From Balamuthia mandrillaris (Eukaryota), in the NCBI GenBank assembly GCA_031835245.2, contig JAVKOQ020000005.1, forward strand, positions 1 through 64,000: DNA of 64,000 nt. The letters run 5' to 3'. The translations under genes were made by a program, and so were the position numbers. Below the pieces are notes generated by a model. The model saw only the letters and a program-made list of their open reading frames with translations, had not been told where the DNA came from and made no database searches. Shown here piece by piece: positions 49,251-64,000 of this stretch. Each line of letters starts with the position of its first letter. The first letter of the stretch is position 1.

Positions 49251-49608
49251 AGCGTCTACCTACCAAGCTAAGTACAAAGTGGTCGGTGGCACGAAGCTCG
49301 CGTTCGTAGATGGAGCGAAGGAACGAGATCAAAGCCAGCAGCGCATAGCCAAGGTTGATAGCGCCAAGGAAGCGCAGGGTCTCCACCGTGTGAGGGTGTG
49401 GGGTTCCGGCTGCGCGAACAAAGTACTTCCTCAGGATACCTCTCCCGCGAAAGAGGAAGTAGTAGGCAGCAGCGGTGTGCCACAAGCAGGTCCCAAGGCT
49501 CACCACTCTATGAACCGTGCATAACGTTCCACTGTTTCATTCATAAAAACAAAGAGAGTGAGAAGAGAAGCATAGTGGCAGGAGAGAGAGGACATACACT
49601 CCTTGCAT
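48813..49608 (-). CDS. Small membrane protein of unknown function (~4 TM)
   Basis: Three exons: MQGV|GTLCTVHRVVSLGTCLWH...FLGAINLGYALLAL...|ANFSQFVMDL...DGIFAAANV. Confidence 0.65.
49078..49202. repeat. Intronic 24-bp minisatellite, ~5 copies
   Basis: Repeating tcyattctcttgtcctctctccag-like unit. Confidence 0.85.
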
Positions 49609-49884
49609 GATGGGATAACTTTATGGAAGTTGTTCTTTCTCGTTGAGCTTTTTGTTTTCGTTTTCGCTTCCCTGCCCTAATCCTCCTCGGGACAAATTTT
49701 GATTCCCACCCAAACGCACCTCTCATTGATTTCCCAGCAAATGTTGACCCATCGTGATAACCGAAGAGAGGGTTTTTCAGGCGGGACTTTGTCCAACCAT
49801 GCCTTACTTTTTTTTCCCGCAAAGTGAGGGAAAATCGCAGGAGAACAGAGAGAAAGCGAGCATACCCCCTTCTTCTTCGCTCCT

Positions 49885-49914
<30 letters not shown>

Positions 49915-49915
<1 letters not shown>

Positions 49916-50670
49916 TGAGAGAGAGAAACCGAGAACAGCAGCACCTACCTTACCCATGGGACAAAACCCCTTTGTTGAAAAAACAACAATTTAACAGGAG
50001 AGAGAAAGATGAAGAGCAAACGGAGGCGAGGAGGAGAGGTGTGCTGGCAAAGCAGCAGAGCGAACCGGATGCTGACCTCAGGCTTCACCTCAAGGAGCTC
50101 GGGTTTTACTACGAGCACACCACCCCCGAGGCCTACGTCGTGATTCTGCAAAACAGCCCGCTATGGCTGTGGCCTCCACCAGGGTGCGCCTCATCCACCC
50201 CAAGTGTTGGAGCTCACCGGAAGCCAACCTGCGAGTTGGGGCCGGCCAGCTCCTACCACTACCTTCAACCACGGGAGGTGGTGGTGCGCCTGGCCCTGCC
50301 CGCTCCCATCGAGATCTGCCGATATCAAGCCCTTCGCTGGCCTGCTACAAACCCAGACGCTAGCCCTCCGGAAGAAACCAGGGGGCTCGTGTTGATACTC
50401 CCATGGAGGGCAGAGACTTGGGAACACGAAGTGCAATTGCAATGCACGTGGTGAAGATTCCTGTGCTTGTGTTCGCCTCGCCTCTCAAGCAAACGTGCTC
50501 CGCACGTGTGGCAAAAGAGCAAAGAGAGAGAGAAGGTCGTTCGCATGGAGGTTGGAGACGTTGTTGGCAATGTGGGTTGGAAGGAAAAGAGACCTGTTGG
50601 CGTCACTTGTGGGGAATGTTTTCCATATGCTTCTCCTGTGCTAGGATTGATAGACTTTTACCAGAGTTAG
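49915..50670 (+). pseudogene. Intronless coding-like region of unknown function, split by an in-frame TGA
   Basis: GC-rich ORF 49915-50454 continues in the same frame to 50670 after a TGA; no clear ATG start or domain. Confidence 0.3.
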
Positions 50671-50950
50671 AAGATAGAAGTGCGAATACCAGTAACGAGA
50701 GAATGGGCGTCCCCAGTGGACAAGAGAACCCAGTGAAGCTGAATGCCTGGCCTCATGGAGGAGCCAATATGAAATGGCCTTGGGGAAGTCCATCTGAAAA
50801 AGTTTGCAATGGTCAGAGAGAATGGATGTCCTTTCGAAGTGTTCCCTCTTCTTCAAACAATAAAACAAAAAGAACAAGAAAGGAGAAAGGTTTCGCTTTT
50901 CTCTCTTTTTGTGCACCCGTTAGGCGTTTGTTTTCTTGTCCGTGTTGCGT

Positions 50951-53284
<2,334 letters not shown>

Positions 53285-53894
53285 GACCGACCGAAGGGAG
53301 AGCGAGCCTTTCATCTCTCACTCTTTTCTTTTCTTTCCTTTTCTTTTTTATTATTCAAATGGAGAACAAATGATGGACAAATGGTGCACCCTTTGAGCAG
53401 AACTTCAGCTGCGGTAACTCACGTTGAGCACAAAGCGACCTATAACTGAGCAACAAAATTCCAGCGGCGATTTATACTATAAAAAGGGTGTCGACATAAA
53501 TACTTACTCTTTTAAAGGTATGTATCGATCTCTATATATCCTTATCTGCTAGGACTGATTATAAAAGGTAAACATGACGTATGTTCTGAATAGTTTAACA
53601 TCATGTCGTCACGAATGGTAATGGTGTGGGTAACAAAAATAGAAAATCTTTGGGAGACCCGAAAGAAAAAAACAAACAAAGAACAAGAAGGAGAGAGAGA
53701 AGAAAGGAAGAGAACCAAACGAAAGAGAGGGATAAAACCGGCAGACAAGGAGCACGAAAAAGGAGAAAGAAAGAAAAAACAAGTTCCGGATATTGTTTTC
53801 ATTTTCTGCTCTTTTCCGTTTCTTTTTTCTTTCGTTGTTTTATTTTTCGAGAGGAGAACAAAAAAAACCAAAAAAAAAGCACAAAGAGAGAGAG

Positions 53895-54013
53895 ATGGCA
53901 ACTTTGGTGGACGCTCGACGCAAGGGCGAAGTGGAAAGCCGCCTGTTGAGCCCGAAGGAAGCCTTTGAGACGATGGCCTCCAAGCTCATGGTGACCAAAA
54001 GTCCTGGTAAAAC

Positions 54014-54049
<36 letters not shown>

Positions 54050-54453
54050 TTTGTCTGTTTTGTGAAGAAGAAGAACGAGAAGCACAAGAAGTAGCACAAG
54101 GAAGCAAGAGACAAAATGGAATAATACTTGTTCTTTTTCTTTTTTAATTGACAGATAATATGAACGCCTTCCTGTTGAGTTATCAAACCTATCAAGTCGA
54201 GAAAGACCGGCTGTATTCCCTCTGGATGTCAAAGTACCTTCTCTCTCTCTCTCTCTCTCTCTCTCCCTCTCTCTCTCTCTCCTTCTCTCTCCCTCTTTGG
54301 AGACTTTTGCACTAAAACAAAAAAAAAGGTTCACACAACTACACGAGGATACTCAACCACATGAAACCGATGCATCGCAGTCCATCGAAAGGTTTGCATT
54401 CTCTTTCGTCGTTTCTCTCTCTCTCTCTCTCTTTCTCTTTCGTCGTTTCTCTT

Positions 54454-54501
<48 letters not shown>

Positions 54502-56485
54502 TGTTTCTCTCTCTTTTGAGAAAACATAAAGAGAGCTAAACAACAAACAAACACACAAACACAAGAATGCTGGAGTTTCTTCGGATGTGGATAACGGACT
54601 ACCCGAAAGACTTTAATCGCCGCACACAAGCATCCTTCTTGGACCTGCTCAACCGCTATTACTCCCAAAAGGACCAAAACCTGGTCAACGAGTTTAAGCT
54701 TCTCTTCCTCAAACACTCTCAAACGTTCTCTTTCGATAACTTTTCCGCGTCTTCTGTTTCTCCTCGTCATCGAAGCAGCGTTCATTTCTCCCATTCTCGT
54801 CCTCTTGTGTCTTCCTCTCCTTCGTCCTCTTCTTCTTCATTGCAAAGAAGCCGAAGAGAGAATGAAAAAGGAGGAGGAAACGATGGAGTGGAAGAGGAGA
54901 ATGATGACAGCAAAAAGTCTCAAACGATGCCGAAAGACGGCGCGACGGACAAGAAGAGAAGAAAGAAGAGCATTCGGAAGATGTTCCTCTCCAACAAAGC
55001 GCATCCCATGTCCACCAGTTTTGAATCCATCCCTGCTCTCGTTTCTCCTGCTTCTTCTCCTTCTCCTACTTCTCCTTCATCCTCCTCTTCCTTTGCTTCT
55101 GTGAAAGCCAACGTCAGCAGCAACCAGAGAGACGCGGCACCGTTTCCAGGAGTTCGTTTGTTAACTATAGCGGATGGTAGTCGGTCAACAACAAACAGCA
55201 CCGAACCAACAGAAAGCGAACAACGAAGAGATGGAATAACAACAAGAGCTCATACGCTACGACAAAACGTTTACAACAACAACAACAACAGTAATAGCAA
55301 CAGCAATGTTCAACATCGAGTGAAAAGCATGTCGCTCATACAAACCCGCCAACTCCAACAAACCCAACCACCCGCAGAAGAAAATGCCAATGTAAAACCA
55401 AACAACGCAAAAGAGGAAGCAGCAGCAGCTCAGGCCGACTCCAATAACAACAATTCCTCTTCTTCTTCTGCTGTTGATGTTGCGGAAGAAACCTCCATAC
55501 CTCCTATAGTACCGCCATTCGTCATTCCATCCAACTTTGGAGCTTTGATGGAGGCGGAGGGAAACGGCCAGTTTAACGACTTTTCGGATGGCAGCATCGC
55601 CAAGGAGTTGACCCTCTACGAGCACGAGCTTCTGTGCCGCATCCAGGCCAGAGAGTTCCTGAACAACGGCTGGCAACGCCCTCTCCAGAAGAAACATGCG
55701 GCGAAGGAGTCCTCCACGAAGGCGAGAAGAGCGAGTCGCAGCTTTAGCGAAAGGAGAAGAGCGATCAAGGAGGAGGAAGAAGAGCTGAAGAGAACGCGAA
55801 GCAATTCAACCGGGACAACCACAACAGCATCTGAGCAACAACAACAAAAAGCAACAGCAAAGGACAGGGAGAAGGAGAAAGTCTCGGTGAACATCATTCG
55901 CTTCATCAAACACTTTAACAAAATCGGTTACTGGGTGGCCACCGAGATACTCATGAAGAAGAGCGAGAAGGAGAGGATCAAGGTCACCAAACGGTTTATA
56001 AAGATCGCCCGGCTCTGCCATGACGTTGGCAACTATAACTCGATGGTGGAGATACTGTCCGGCTTGAACACCGTTGCTGTTGCTCGGTTGAAGGTTTGCT
56101 TGTTTTCCTTGTCTTTTGTCGTTACACTTTCTTTTCTCTCTCTCTCTCTCTCTCTCTCTCCGAACAACTAAACGAAAACAAAAGGGACTATGGAAAGGAC
56201 TTCCAACACGAAGCCTCGAGATGTTCGAGGAGCTCCAAACCTTCATCAACCCGCAACGAAACTTTAGCAACTACCGTTACGCCCTGGAGAAGCGAGAACA
56301 ATTGGGAGAGCCGACCGTCCCCTACCTCGGCCTCTTCCTGAAGTACTTCACCTACCTGGACGACGGCAACGAGCCCTACACCACCTTTGGTGGCATCAAC
56401 TTTGGGCTGATGCGTCTTCGTTGGGAACAGGTCAGCAAGATCAAACATTTTCAGAACATCCCGTTCCCTCTCTCCAAGTAAGTCT

Positions 56486-56520
<35 letters not shown>

Positions 56521-58082
56521 ACGTTAAGCCAACAACACAAAGAAACAAAGGGGTTCGTCGTTTTCTTCGTACGCTCAGTTATGTAGACAACGAGGACCTG
56601 CTTTACGCCTTGTCGCTCTCCTACGAGCCCAAACAGAGCAGCGACGCTGCATTCAGTCCGCGTAGGACCGTTCCAGCGGGTCAGCAACCTCTTTCTCCTG
56701 CTTCTCCCGCCTCTCCTGCCTCTCCTGCCTCTCCTCATTCTTCTTCCGCTGCCGCTTTTGATGGAGGAAGCAAAGTTACTTCTCTTAGCTCGAATGATGC
56801 AATGATGAAAGAATTGATGCTCAAAACATCTTCCATCTCCTTATCTTCCTTCTCGACAAACAACCAAACCACCACCACTTCTTCTTCTTCTTCTTCTTCT
56901 TGTTCTACTTCTTCTTTGGTTGTGGTTCCTCCTCTTCTTCCAAGTAGAGTAGGCAGGGGAGAAACCTCGCAGTATTCTTCCTCTGCTCCTGTGAACTATT
57001 GTCCGAAAGGAGCGGCTTGCGACAATAGCGATCCTGAGCATTTCGTAGAGTATCTACATACTCTCTTCTCCCCTCGAGGAGCTCCTCAACAACTAAGCCG
57101 TCGTTCGCCTTCTTTCTCTTCTGCTCCATCTCCATCTCCTTCATCATCTTCACCTACGTCTTCATCTTCTTCTTCAACACCACCAACACCTCCCTCAAGA
57201 ACAAGCAAACCAAAAACTCTATACACGCATACTGCTCCTCCTCCTTCGTTGCAACAACAACCACAACATCAAGAAGAAAGTGGCAGCAGCAGCAACAACA
57301 AAAGAGCATCAAGAAGAAACTGGGCCAACAAGAGAAACGCCAAAGTTTGGGCTCAACAGTATGCATACATTGAGAAGTTATTCGAGAAAGCGGATTTGGA
57401 TGAGAGCAGCGAAGAAGAGAACAGCAACCCCTCCTCTTCACTCGACATCGAAATCGAATACCTGGCCGAAGAGGAAGTCAACAGTTATTATACTTCATCG
57501 TCGTCATCTTCTCCGTACGAAGAACAACCAAAAGAAGAAGAAGAAGAGAACGCAAAGAAGAAAGCTTCTTCGATGAGACTCTTGCGAGAAAACAACAACA
57601 AACCGTTCGTGGAGGAGCTGAAAAGGGAATCATCCTCCACGAGACTTCGTTTCTACAAGTCGTTAGGAGTGGGAGATGCGGTCTTCCAAATGACTTCGCC
57701 TTCTTCCACTTTAAGAGGAACGAGCAACAACCCTTCTTCTCTTTCTTCCTATTCCGTTCTCTCGTCTCGTATTTATTCTTCCTCCTCTGCAGTTTCTTCT
57801 CGTTCCTCTTCGCGTTCTTCCATCTCCTCTCCTTCCACTGCTTCTTCAACTTCTTCGCCGTTCAATGATACCGAAGAGCTAAAGTTACGAATGGATGCTT
57901 TGATGAGACAAAAAGAAAAGCAGGACGAGGAAGAAGAGGAAAGGAGAAGAAGGAAAAGTGGAGGAGAGGAGGAAGAAACGGAAGAAGAAACGGAGGAAGG
58001 AAGTTACTCACGTTCATATTACTCCAGTGATGAAGACTCGATGACTGAAGATGAGGATGAAACATTGGATGTTGGATTATAA
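53895..58082 (+). CDS. RasGEF (REM + CDC25 domain) with Ser-rich tail containing a PBZ-like CCHH finger
   Basis: LEFLRMWITDYPKDF (REM); IAKELTLYEHELL, FNKIGYWVATEIL, GNYNSMVEILSGL, NFSNYR, PTVPYLGLFL, INF (CDC25). Confidence 0.9.
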
Positions 58083-58141
58083 ACCAAAGTAAAAATAGCA
58101 TTAAAAAAATGTTTACAGAAAAACGCATTCAAAAAAAAAAG

Positions 58142-60327
58142 TTAAGAAGCAAATCGGTCTTGCAGAAAGAGAGAAGCAGAAGGAGAAAGACCAAGAGACA
58201 ATAAAGAAGATTGTCCCTCATTCAGGATTTGTTTTTGTGGATGAGTCACGAAGAGGACGTATCGGTCGGGGGAGATGTTGTGATTCGCCTCTAGCCAGTG
58301 GTAGACAGCCTTTTTTTTTTTGTTTGTATCAGTAAGCAAGAAGGGAGCAAAAACGACCAAAAGGTAACGACGAGTACCTGAAGAAGATCAGTATTGAAGA
58401 ATCGACGCTGAGAACGAGTTCCATCCGGCAAACGAACAACCAACGTGGTGACTTGTTCAACCGGAGTGTCCAGCGGCGGCTCCAATGAAGGCGGCGGCGT
58501 TGACAGGCTCAAAGCTAATGCGGCTTTCAGTTCATCGTCTTCATCCTCATCCTCTATCTCTATTACTTGTGTTGCAGTTGTTGAAGATGAAGATGAAGAG
58601 GCAGCCTCACTTAAACTAGCGGCTATGGCAGCCTCAAGTTCTTCGTCGTAGTTAGTGTCAGAAGCAGTTTTCTTTCGCTTTACAGTTATCCAGTTTGATG
58701 AATCTTTTGTAAAACAATTGTTTCACATATGAGCGGAAATGAAACGGACAGTGCCAAAAAAAAAAAAGCAACAAGGAAAACAGCAGTAAGGAAACAAACC
58801 TCCGAGAATGTTGGTTTGAGGTTTGGGTAGTTCCCCCTTTACACAAAAGATAGAGTATCCCTTTGCCATTAGTGTATCCAGAAATGCACTTAATGAACAA
58901 GAAAGCGTAAAAAAAGTGAGATAGGAGAAAAGGAGAGGAGAGCAGAGCAGAGCAGAGAGAAAGAGAGAGAACATAGTCAAAGAAACAAAGAAGATACCTG
59001 AGATAAAAATCGGAGAGGTACTGTGGCTCGTTAAGCAAACTAAATGTTCAGTTTTGTCGGTGGTGAGTCAACCAAAAGAAAGAGAAAGCGAAAGGGAAGA
59101 AGAAGCGGTAAATGAACCTGTTAAAGTTGTACCAATCGCCCTCAACGTTGCGAATGGTCAGCCAATGGCTCGCCAAGTTGCAAATAAACGCCTGTTCTAT
59201 CCTGATCATGCAGTTGTCAGCTCATAATATACAAAAGTGCAAAAACACGGGCGAGAAAGAATAGAGTGAGAGTGAGAGTGAGAATACGAAGAGAATACAA
59301 ACAAAGAGGTGATAAACAAAGAGGAGAGAGCGATCACAGCGACAGAGAAGAGAAAAGAGAACGGGATGAAGAGGAGAGCAGAGAAGAACGAAGAAGAGAA
59401 CAACAATCAGAGACAGCGGTACGAACAAAGGGTTCTGTCTGGAGGCGACCATCTCAGGGCTGGCCAAAGGAACACATTTGAGGTTCCACACCTCCAACGC
59501 CTTTTGTATTACTTGAACGCTGTAGTTGCCATCGTCCGCCACGTTGCCACTGTCTTCCTGATGAATGCTAAGAATTAGGAGGAGAAAGGAAAGGAGAAAA
59601 GAGAAAGGAGAAGGAGAAGGAGAAGGAGAAGGAGAAGGAGAAGGAGGAGGAGAAGGAGGAGGAGAAGGAGAAGGAGAAGGAGAAGGAGAAGGAGAAGGAG
59701 AAGGAGAAGGAGAAGGAGAAGGAGGAGGAGAAGGAGAAGGAGAAGGAGAAGGAGAAGGAGAAGGAGAAGGAGAAGGAGAAGGAGAAGGAGAAGGAGAAGG
59801 AGAAGGAGAAGGAGAAGGGAGAAGGAGAAAGAAGGAGGAGGAGAAGAGGAGGAGGAGGAGGAGGAGAAGGAGAAGGAGAAGGAGAAGGAGAAGGAGAAGG
59901 AGAAGGAGAAGGAGAAGGAGAAGGAGAAGGAGGAGGAGAAGGAGAAGGAGAAGGAGGAGGAGAAGGAGAAGGAGAAGGAGAAGGAGAAGGAGAAAGGAGA
60001 AAGGAGAAAGGAAAAAGGAAAAAGGAGACGAAGGAGAACTAAGACAAGACAAACAAATCCAGAGGAAGATGAGAACAAGACGGACAACAAAAGCAACAAC
60101 TAAGAGGAAGAGAAAAAGGAAGGAATCAAACGAACAGCCATATATTTGAGAAAATCAGTGGACTCGGTCCCCATTTCCATCATCAGAGCTCGTTCGTTGC
60201 GATCAAACTCGTTCGCGATTTGCATGAGGTCTATTTCAGTGAATATGTTGCCTTGCAGCAAGGTGTTGAGCGCATGAACCGCGCACAGCCCAGCCACCTG
60301 CTTCTCATGGTAGAGGCGCGTGCTCAT
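58142..60327 (-). CDS. ATXN3: Ataxin-3-like Josephin deubiquitinase with two UIMs and a C-terminal UBX domain
   Basis: YHEKQVAGLCAVHALNTLLQG (catalytic Cys), SHWLTIR...WYNFNS, UIMs DEELEAAIAASL and DDELKAALALSL, UBX-like VVRLPDGTRSQRRF...LLSLGLSPSASLFL. Confidence 0.9.
59605..59995. repeat. Intronic (GGAGAA)n/(GGA)n satellite
   Basis: ~390-bp purine tract (pyrimidine on coding strand) in intron 1 of the ataxin-3-like gene. Confidence 0.95.
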
Positions 60328-60577
60328 CTCACTCTCTTTTTCGTTTTAGCTTTCTTTTCTTTGCATACTTTAAATATTTCAAATTCTTGATCTGAGATCG
60401 AGATGCTTGAGGGGGTTTTGAGTCTGTTCACCAATGCCGCGAAGTGGACATTTTTGGTGAGGGATCATGTATTTTTCCCACAGAGAGGAAGGGGGAAAGC
60501 GTGACGTGTTATCTAAGAATTGTCCATTGCTGCGGCCCTTCAAGCGAACCTTCCGCGGCAGTCCCTACTTCTCGCTT

Positions 60578-60626
<49 letters not shown>

Positions 60627-61193
60627 CTTTCGTCCTTTCTCTTTCCCTCTTTCTCGTTTTCTCTCTCTTTCACTCTCAGCTCTCTCTGTTTCCAAAGGCA
60701 GAAACTCTAAGCTTTGCCTTTATGACGGCAACGCCTGTTTAAAAACCTGGCTATTCCGCTTAAAAAGCACCTAGCCCGAACCTATAGTCCCAGAGACCCT
60801 TTCGTCCAACAGCTCCAGAACGAAAAGTCTGGACCCATTTACGGACCTCCACCCTCAGCTTATGGCGTCACGGAAGCAGCAAGAGCTTGACGAAAAGAGG
60901 AAGGAACTTGTGACAAAACTTGTCCTTTTCTTGGCCTTTTGCTTGTGAGGAGTTTTGTACCAAGTTCCTTCCTCTTTTCGGTAGAAGCACAGCGGGAACT
61001 AATGTGTCTACCTTCCAACCGATACTGAGAGATTTGTAGAACCAAATTCCCCACGCTCATCTCTTCCAAGGGTGCCTTCGCTGCCTTACCTTAGACCTCA
61101 CTGGAGGTCCCCCCAGAAACTGATCTCTCTCCCTCTCCTTCTTCTCTCCTCTTTATGTTTTATTTTCACCAAAAAAACAAATTGAAGGAACCT

Positions 61194-61251
61194 ATATGTC
61201 GACAAATTATCCTTATTTGGATAAATATGTCTACAAATTATCTTTATTTGG
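61194..61251. promoter_or_regulatory. Imperfect 31-bp-period direct repeat containing GTCGAC, upstream of the RICTOR-like gene
   Basis: atatgtcgacaaattatccttatttgg followed by atatgtctacaaattatctttatttgg. The repeat is seen directly; a regulatory role is inferred. Confidence 0.45.
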
Positions 61252-61417
61252 TGAAATGACGTCAGCGCGTCCTTTCGTTCTATTTCCTATATTTTTTGTT
61301 TGAAACAAACACAAGGGAAAAGCAGCAGAACAAAAAAGAGGGCACTACACCACAAACGTTAAGCAGGAGGTGGTGGTGGTGAGGTCGGTCTGTTTTTGTT
61401 TTTTTTTCTCCTTCGTC

Positions 61418-64000
61418 ATGACGGAGAGACACCTTCACATCAAAGAGCGGGCCTCCTCGTTTGCGTGTAACGAAGCACCGCCCCTGACCAGTTCGAACAA
61501 AAACAATAGCAATAATGGCCGCTCCTCGAATAGCCGCAGCAGCAGCAGCAAAGCCACCAAGACGAGACACCGCCGCTCTACTAGCGAGGATGACCCTTTG
61601 GGCATGGCATGCAGGGAGCTAGCCCAGGACTTGAGACGACGAAGCTCACTTGCTCCTTCCTCTCCATCTTCTGCGGCTCCCTCTTGCGCAAGTCCCGAGC
61701 GGCACAAAGAGAAGAGTCCTTCCAAAAAGTCTTCCACCTCTCGAAGCGCTTCGTCGTCTTCATCTTCGGCAACACGTTCCTCTCGGGCAAGAAAGTTGGC
61801 AAAAGCAGGAACAGTAGCTCGTTTCAGTCATTCTCCCAAAACTTCCACTTCCAGCCGTTCGTCTTCAGAAGATGTTTCTTCTTCATCTTCTTCCACAAAA
61901 ACAACAACTACGTCTTCAACGTTAAGTCTCTCCACTTCTGCTGTTGCGCTGACTGGGAGTTCCTCTCGAAGCAGCATCATGGCAAGGAAGGGGCGCAGCA
62001 CCAGCGCCGGCGGTATCTCCTCCCAACTCTGCCTTTCCAGCGACGGCAACACCGCCGTCACTGCTCCTTCAACGTCTTCGCATGACAACAACAGTAACGT
62101 GGGGCCGAACGAAGATAGACTTCCCAATGTTTCCGGAGAAAGTGAAAACGGGTTGAATAAAGTCGCTGTTAGCGCTGGAAACGAGAACAACCTTCATAGC
62201 CCAAAACCTTCAAGAAAGACTCACAATGAAGCTGCCTCCTCTTTAACATCTCCCAACAGATCTTCCTCTGGCCGTTCTTCTCCTGTTATGGACGAACCGT
62301 CTGCTTCTTCTTCTTCATCAGGAAAAGCCTTAGAGCCGGTGATGAAGCAACTCGTCGCCAAAATGGCGAGTCGCGTTCACAGCTTGCCTCACTCTCTCTC
62401 CAAATTGCCTCTGGCACTTGAATCGCAGCAGCAACAACAGCAAGGACCAGATGATGACTCTTCAGCTTCAAAGAAGAGAACGTCCGCTAATCCAAACCCC
62501 CTATCTGCTTCCTCTTCGTCTGCTTCCTATTCTTCGGGCTCCAAAAAGTCTCCTCTATTGGGTCGGCATTCATCTCTGACGGCATCATCCGGGTCCCTTC
62601 CTTCTGTTCCTTCTCCTTCTCGTGGCAAACACGAGTATAGCAAGAAGGAAGAGTCGTCCGCTTCTTCTACTTCTTCCTCCTCTTCTTCCAAGCGTGCAAC
62701 AAAGAGAACGGGTTCATCAGGGAGCATCTCGAACTTTTATCGCTCGCTCAGCAATAGCGAACTGCCCACCACATCCATCTCTTCTGCTTCTTCAGCTTCA
62801 GACGTTTCTGTGCTCTCCGCTTCTTCCTCGACCCTGAACTACGATGCCAGTCTGAGCGGGAGCGGCAAGAGCCCTGCACGAAGAGGCATTCTTACAAGAG
62901 GCATAAGGCATGCCCGTGACAAGCGGGCCAAAGCATTGGAGATGAAGAAAGACAAGAGGAAGTCCACAAGAATGAAGAAGACCAAAGGAAAGAAAGGGGT
63001 TGCCTCGTCTTCCTCGTCTTCTTCTTCCCTGTCGAACGTGGAAGAGGCAGGAAGAGGTGGAAGCAGTGGTGGAAGAACGTCCTCAGAAAGAGAGAGAGAA
63101 GGAGAACGAGAGGAAGGAGAGGAGCAAGGAGTGGAGCGGCCTCGCAAATCCTCCTCTTCGCTTTTGCCATCCTTCGGCTCCGCTTCGTCTTCCTCGATGG
63201 TGGTCACGCGAACCAACTCTCTTCCTTTCTCCGCAAAGGACGAGATGGTGGTGCTGCCCCGAAGGAAGACAACGGAGGAAGCAACAGAGGTGAGAGATGA
63301 GGAGGAGGAGGAGGATGAAGAAGAGGCAGAAGACGAGGAGGAAGAGGCGGAGGACGAGGAAGAGGACGAGGAGGACCCGGATGCCGATGAGGAGGGAGAG
63401 AACCCGCTATCACCAGAGGATTCGGAGGAGGCGAGCCTGGAGGAGCGTATCGAGGAGGGCATGACCCGTTTCAATATCGCCATGGCCAAGCTGGACAACG
63501 AGAGGGTGGACGTGAAGGGCAAGCTGGAGTGCATGAACGAGCTGGTGGAGCTCTGCAAGAGCCTGGGAGCGGAGGTCATCCCTGGGCACCCGACGGGCTT
63601 TCATTCCTATTCCTTCGTGAAGAGGTTCGGTCTCTTGTTCATTTTCTTCCCTCTTCCATCTTCCTTGCCGTTGTAACGCAACATGTTGATGTATAACCAA
63701 TCATGCCTGTAGCATGAGAGTGTTCGTGGCGCACCCGGTGTCCAAGACGATGAGGCAGGCGGCGCTCCGCGTGCTGCGTTACTTCCTGGCGAGCAACAGC
63801 ATGGCGCTGTATCAGCAGCTCATCGCCCAGAACCTGGCCTATATTATCGCTCGGTTTGTTTTGTTATTTTTTTCTGTTTCGTTGTAGTTTCTTCCCTTCT
63901 CGCTCCACGGAAAGAAGAGCCTTCTTTCTTGTTGTTTCTTTCTTGTCGTTTCTTGTCGTTTCCTTCTTTCTTGTCGTTCTCTTTCTTTCTTTCTTGTTGT
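61418..64000 (+). CDS. RICTOR/Pianissimo-like TORC2 subunit, 5' part, with long Ser-rich N-terminal extension
   Basis: After ~670 low-complexity residues: KLECMNELVEL and (next exon) MRQAALRVLRYFL...NLAYIIAR, resembling RICTOR_N (VRAAGLRALRYL...DYLIAR). Gene runs off the window. Confidence 0.65.

Noticed and set aside
59222..60149. Poly-Leu, (PS)n, (GE)n and poly-Arg ORFs
   Set aside because: Intronic GGAGAA satellite in the ataxin-3-like gene.
60700..61130. Short minus-strand ORF and coding-like sequence between ataxin-3 and RICTOR-like genes
   Set aside because: No recognisable motif, multiple stops and no supportable gene model.

Overview
Eukaryotic, gene-dense and intron-rich DNA. It is most likely amoebozoan (inference from a Shk-type TKL-kinase+SH2 gene and CT-microsatellite-filled short introns; a Balamuthia/Acanthamoeba-like amoeba is a guess). 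About 24 genes or gene remnants can be read. Well-supported ones are a Shk-like kinase, RSPRY1-like E3, APC polyamine/amino-acid permease, VPS72/YL1, a CRIB-coiled-coil-VCA WASP-like protein, ubiquitin-RPS27a, a bacterial-type LOG-family protein, XPD/ERCC2, a divergent intronless EF1A, a ZZ-finger dual-specificity phosphatase, a DH-PH-RhoGAP-PH protein, an AADAT/ARO8-type aminotransferase, a RasGEF, an ataxin-3/UIM/UBX fusion and the 5' part of a RICTOR-like gene. Main oddities: (1) a spliced tyrosine-recombinase gene at the left edge with a C-terminal telobox-like Myb domain and nearby CCCTAA repeats (candidate Crypton-like element); (2) two intronless, frameshifted LRR + BC-box-like + Zn-finger paralogues in opposite orientation; (3) an intact EF1A ORF that has lost the NKxD G4 motif; (4) an intergenic 53-bp-arm imperfect hairpin; (5) a recurrent GTCGAC motif upstream of genes; (6) patchy CpG depletion next to the recombinase gene. 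Gene models were read by eye, so exon boundaries are approximate and no database searches were run.
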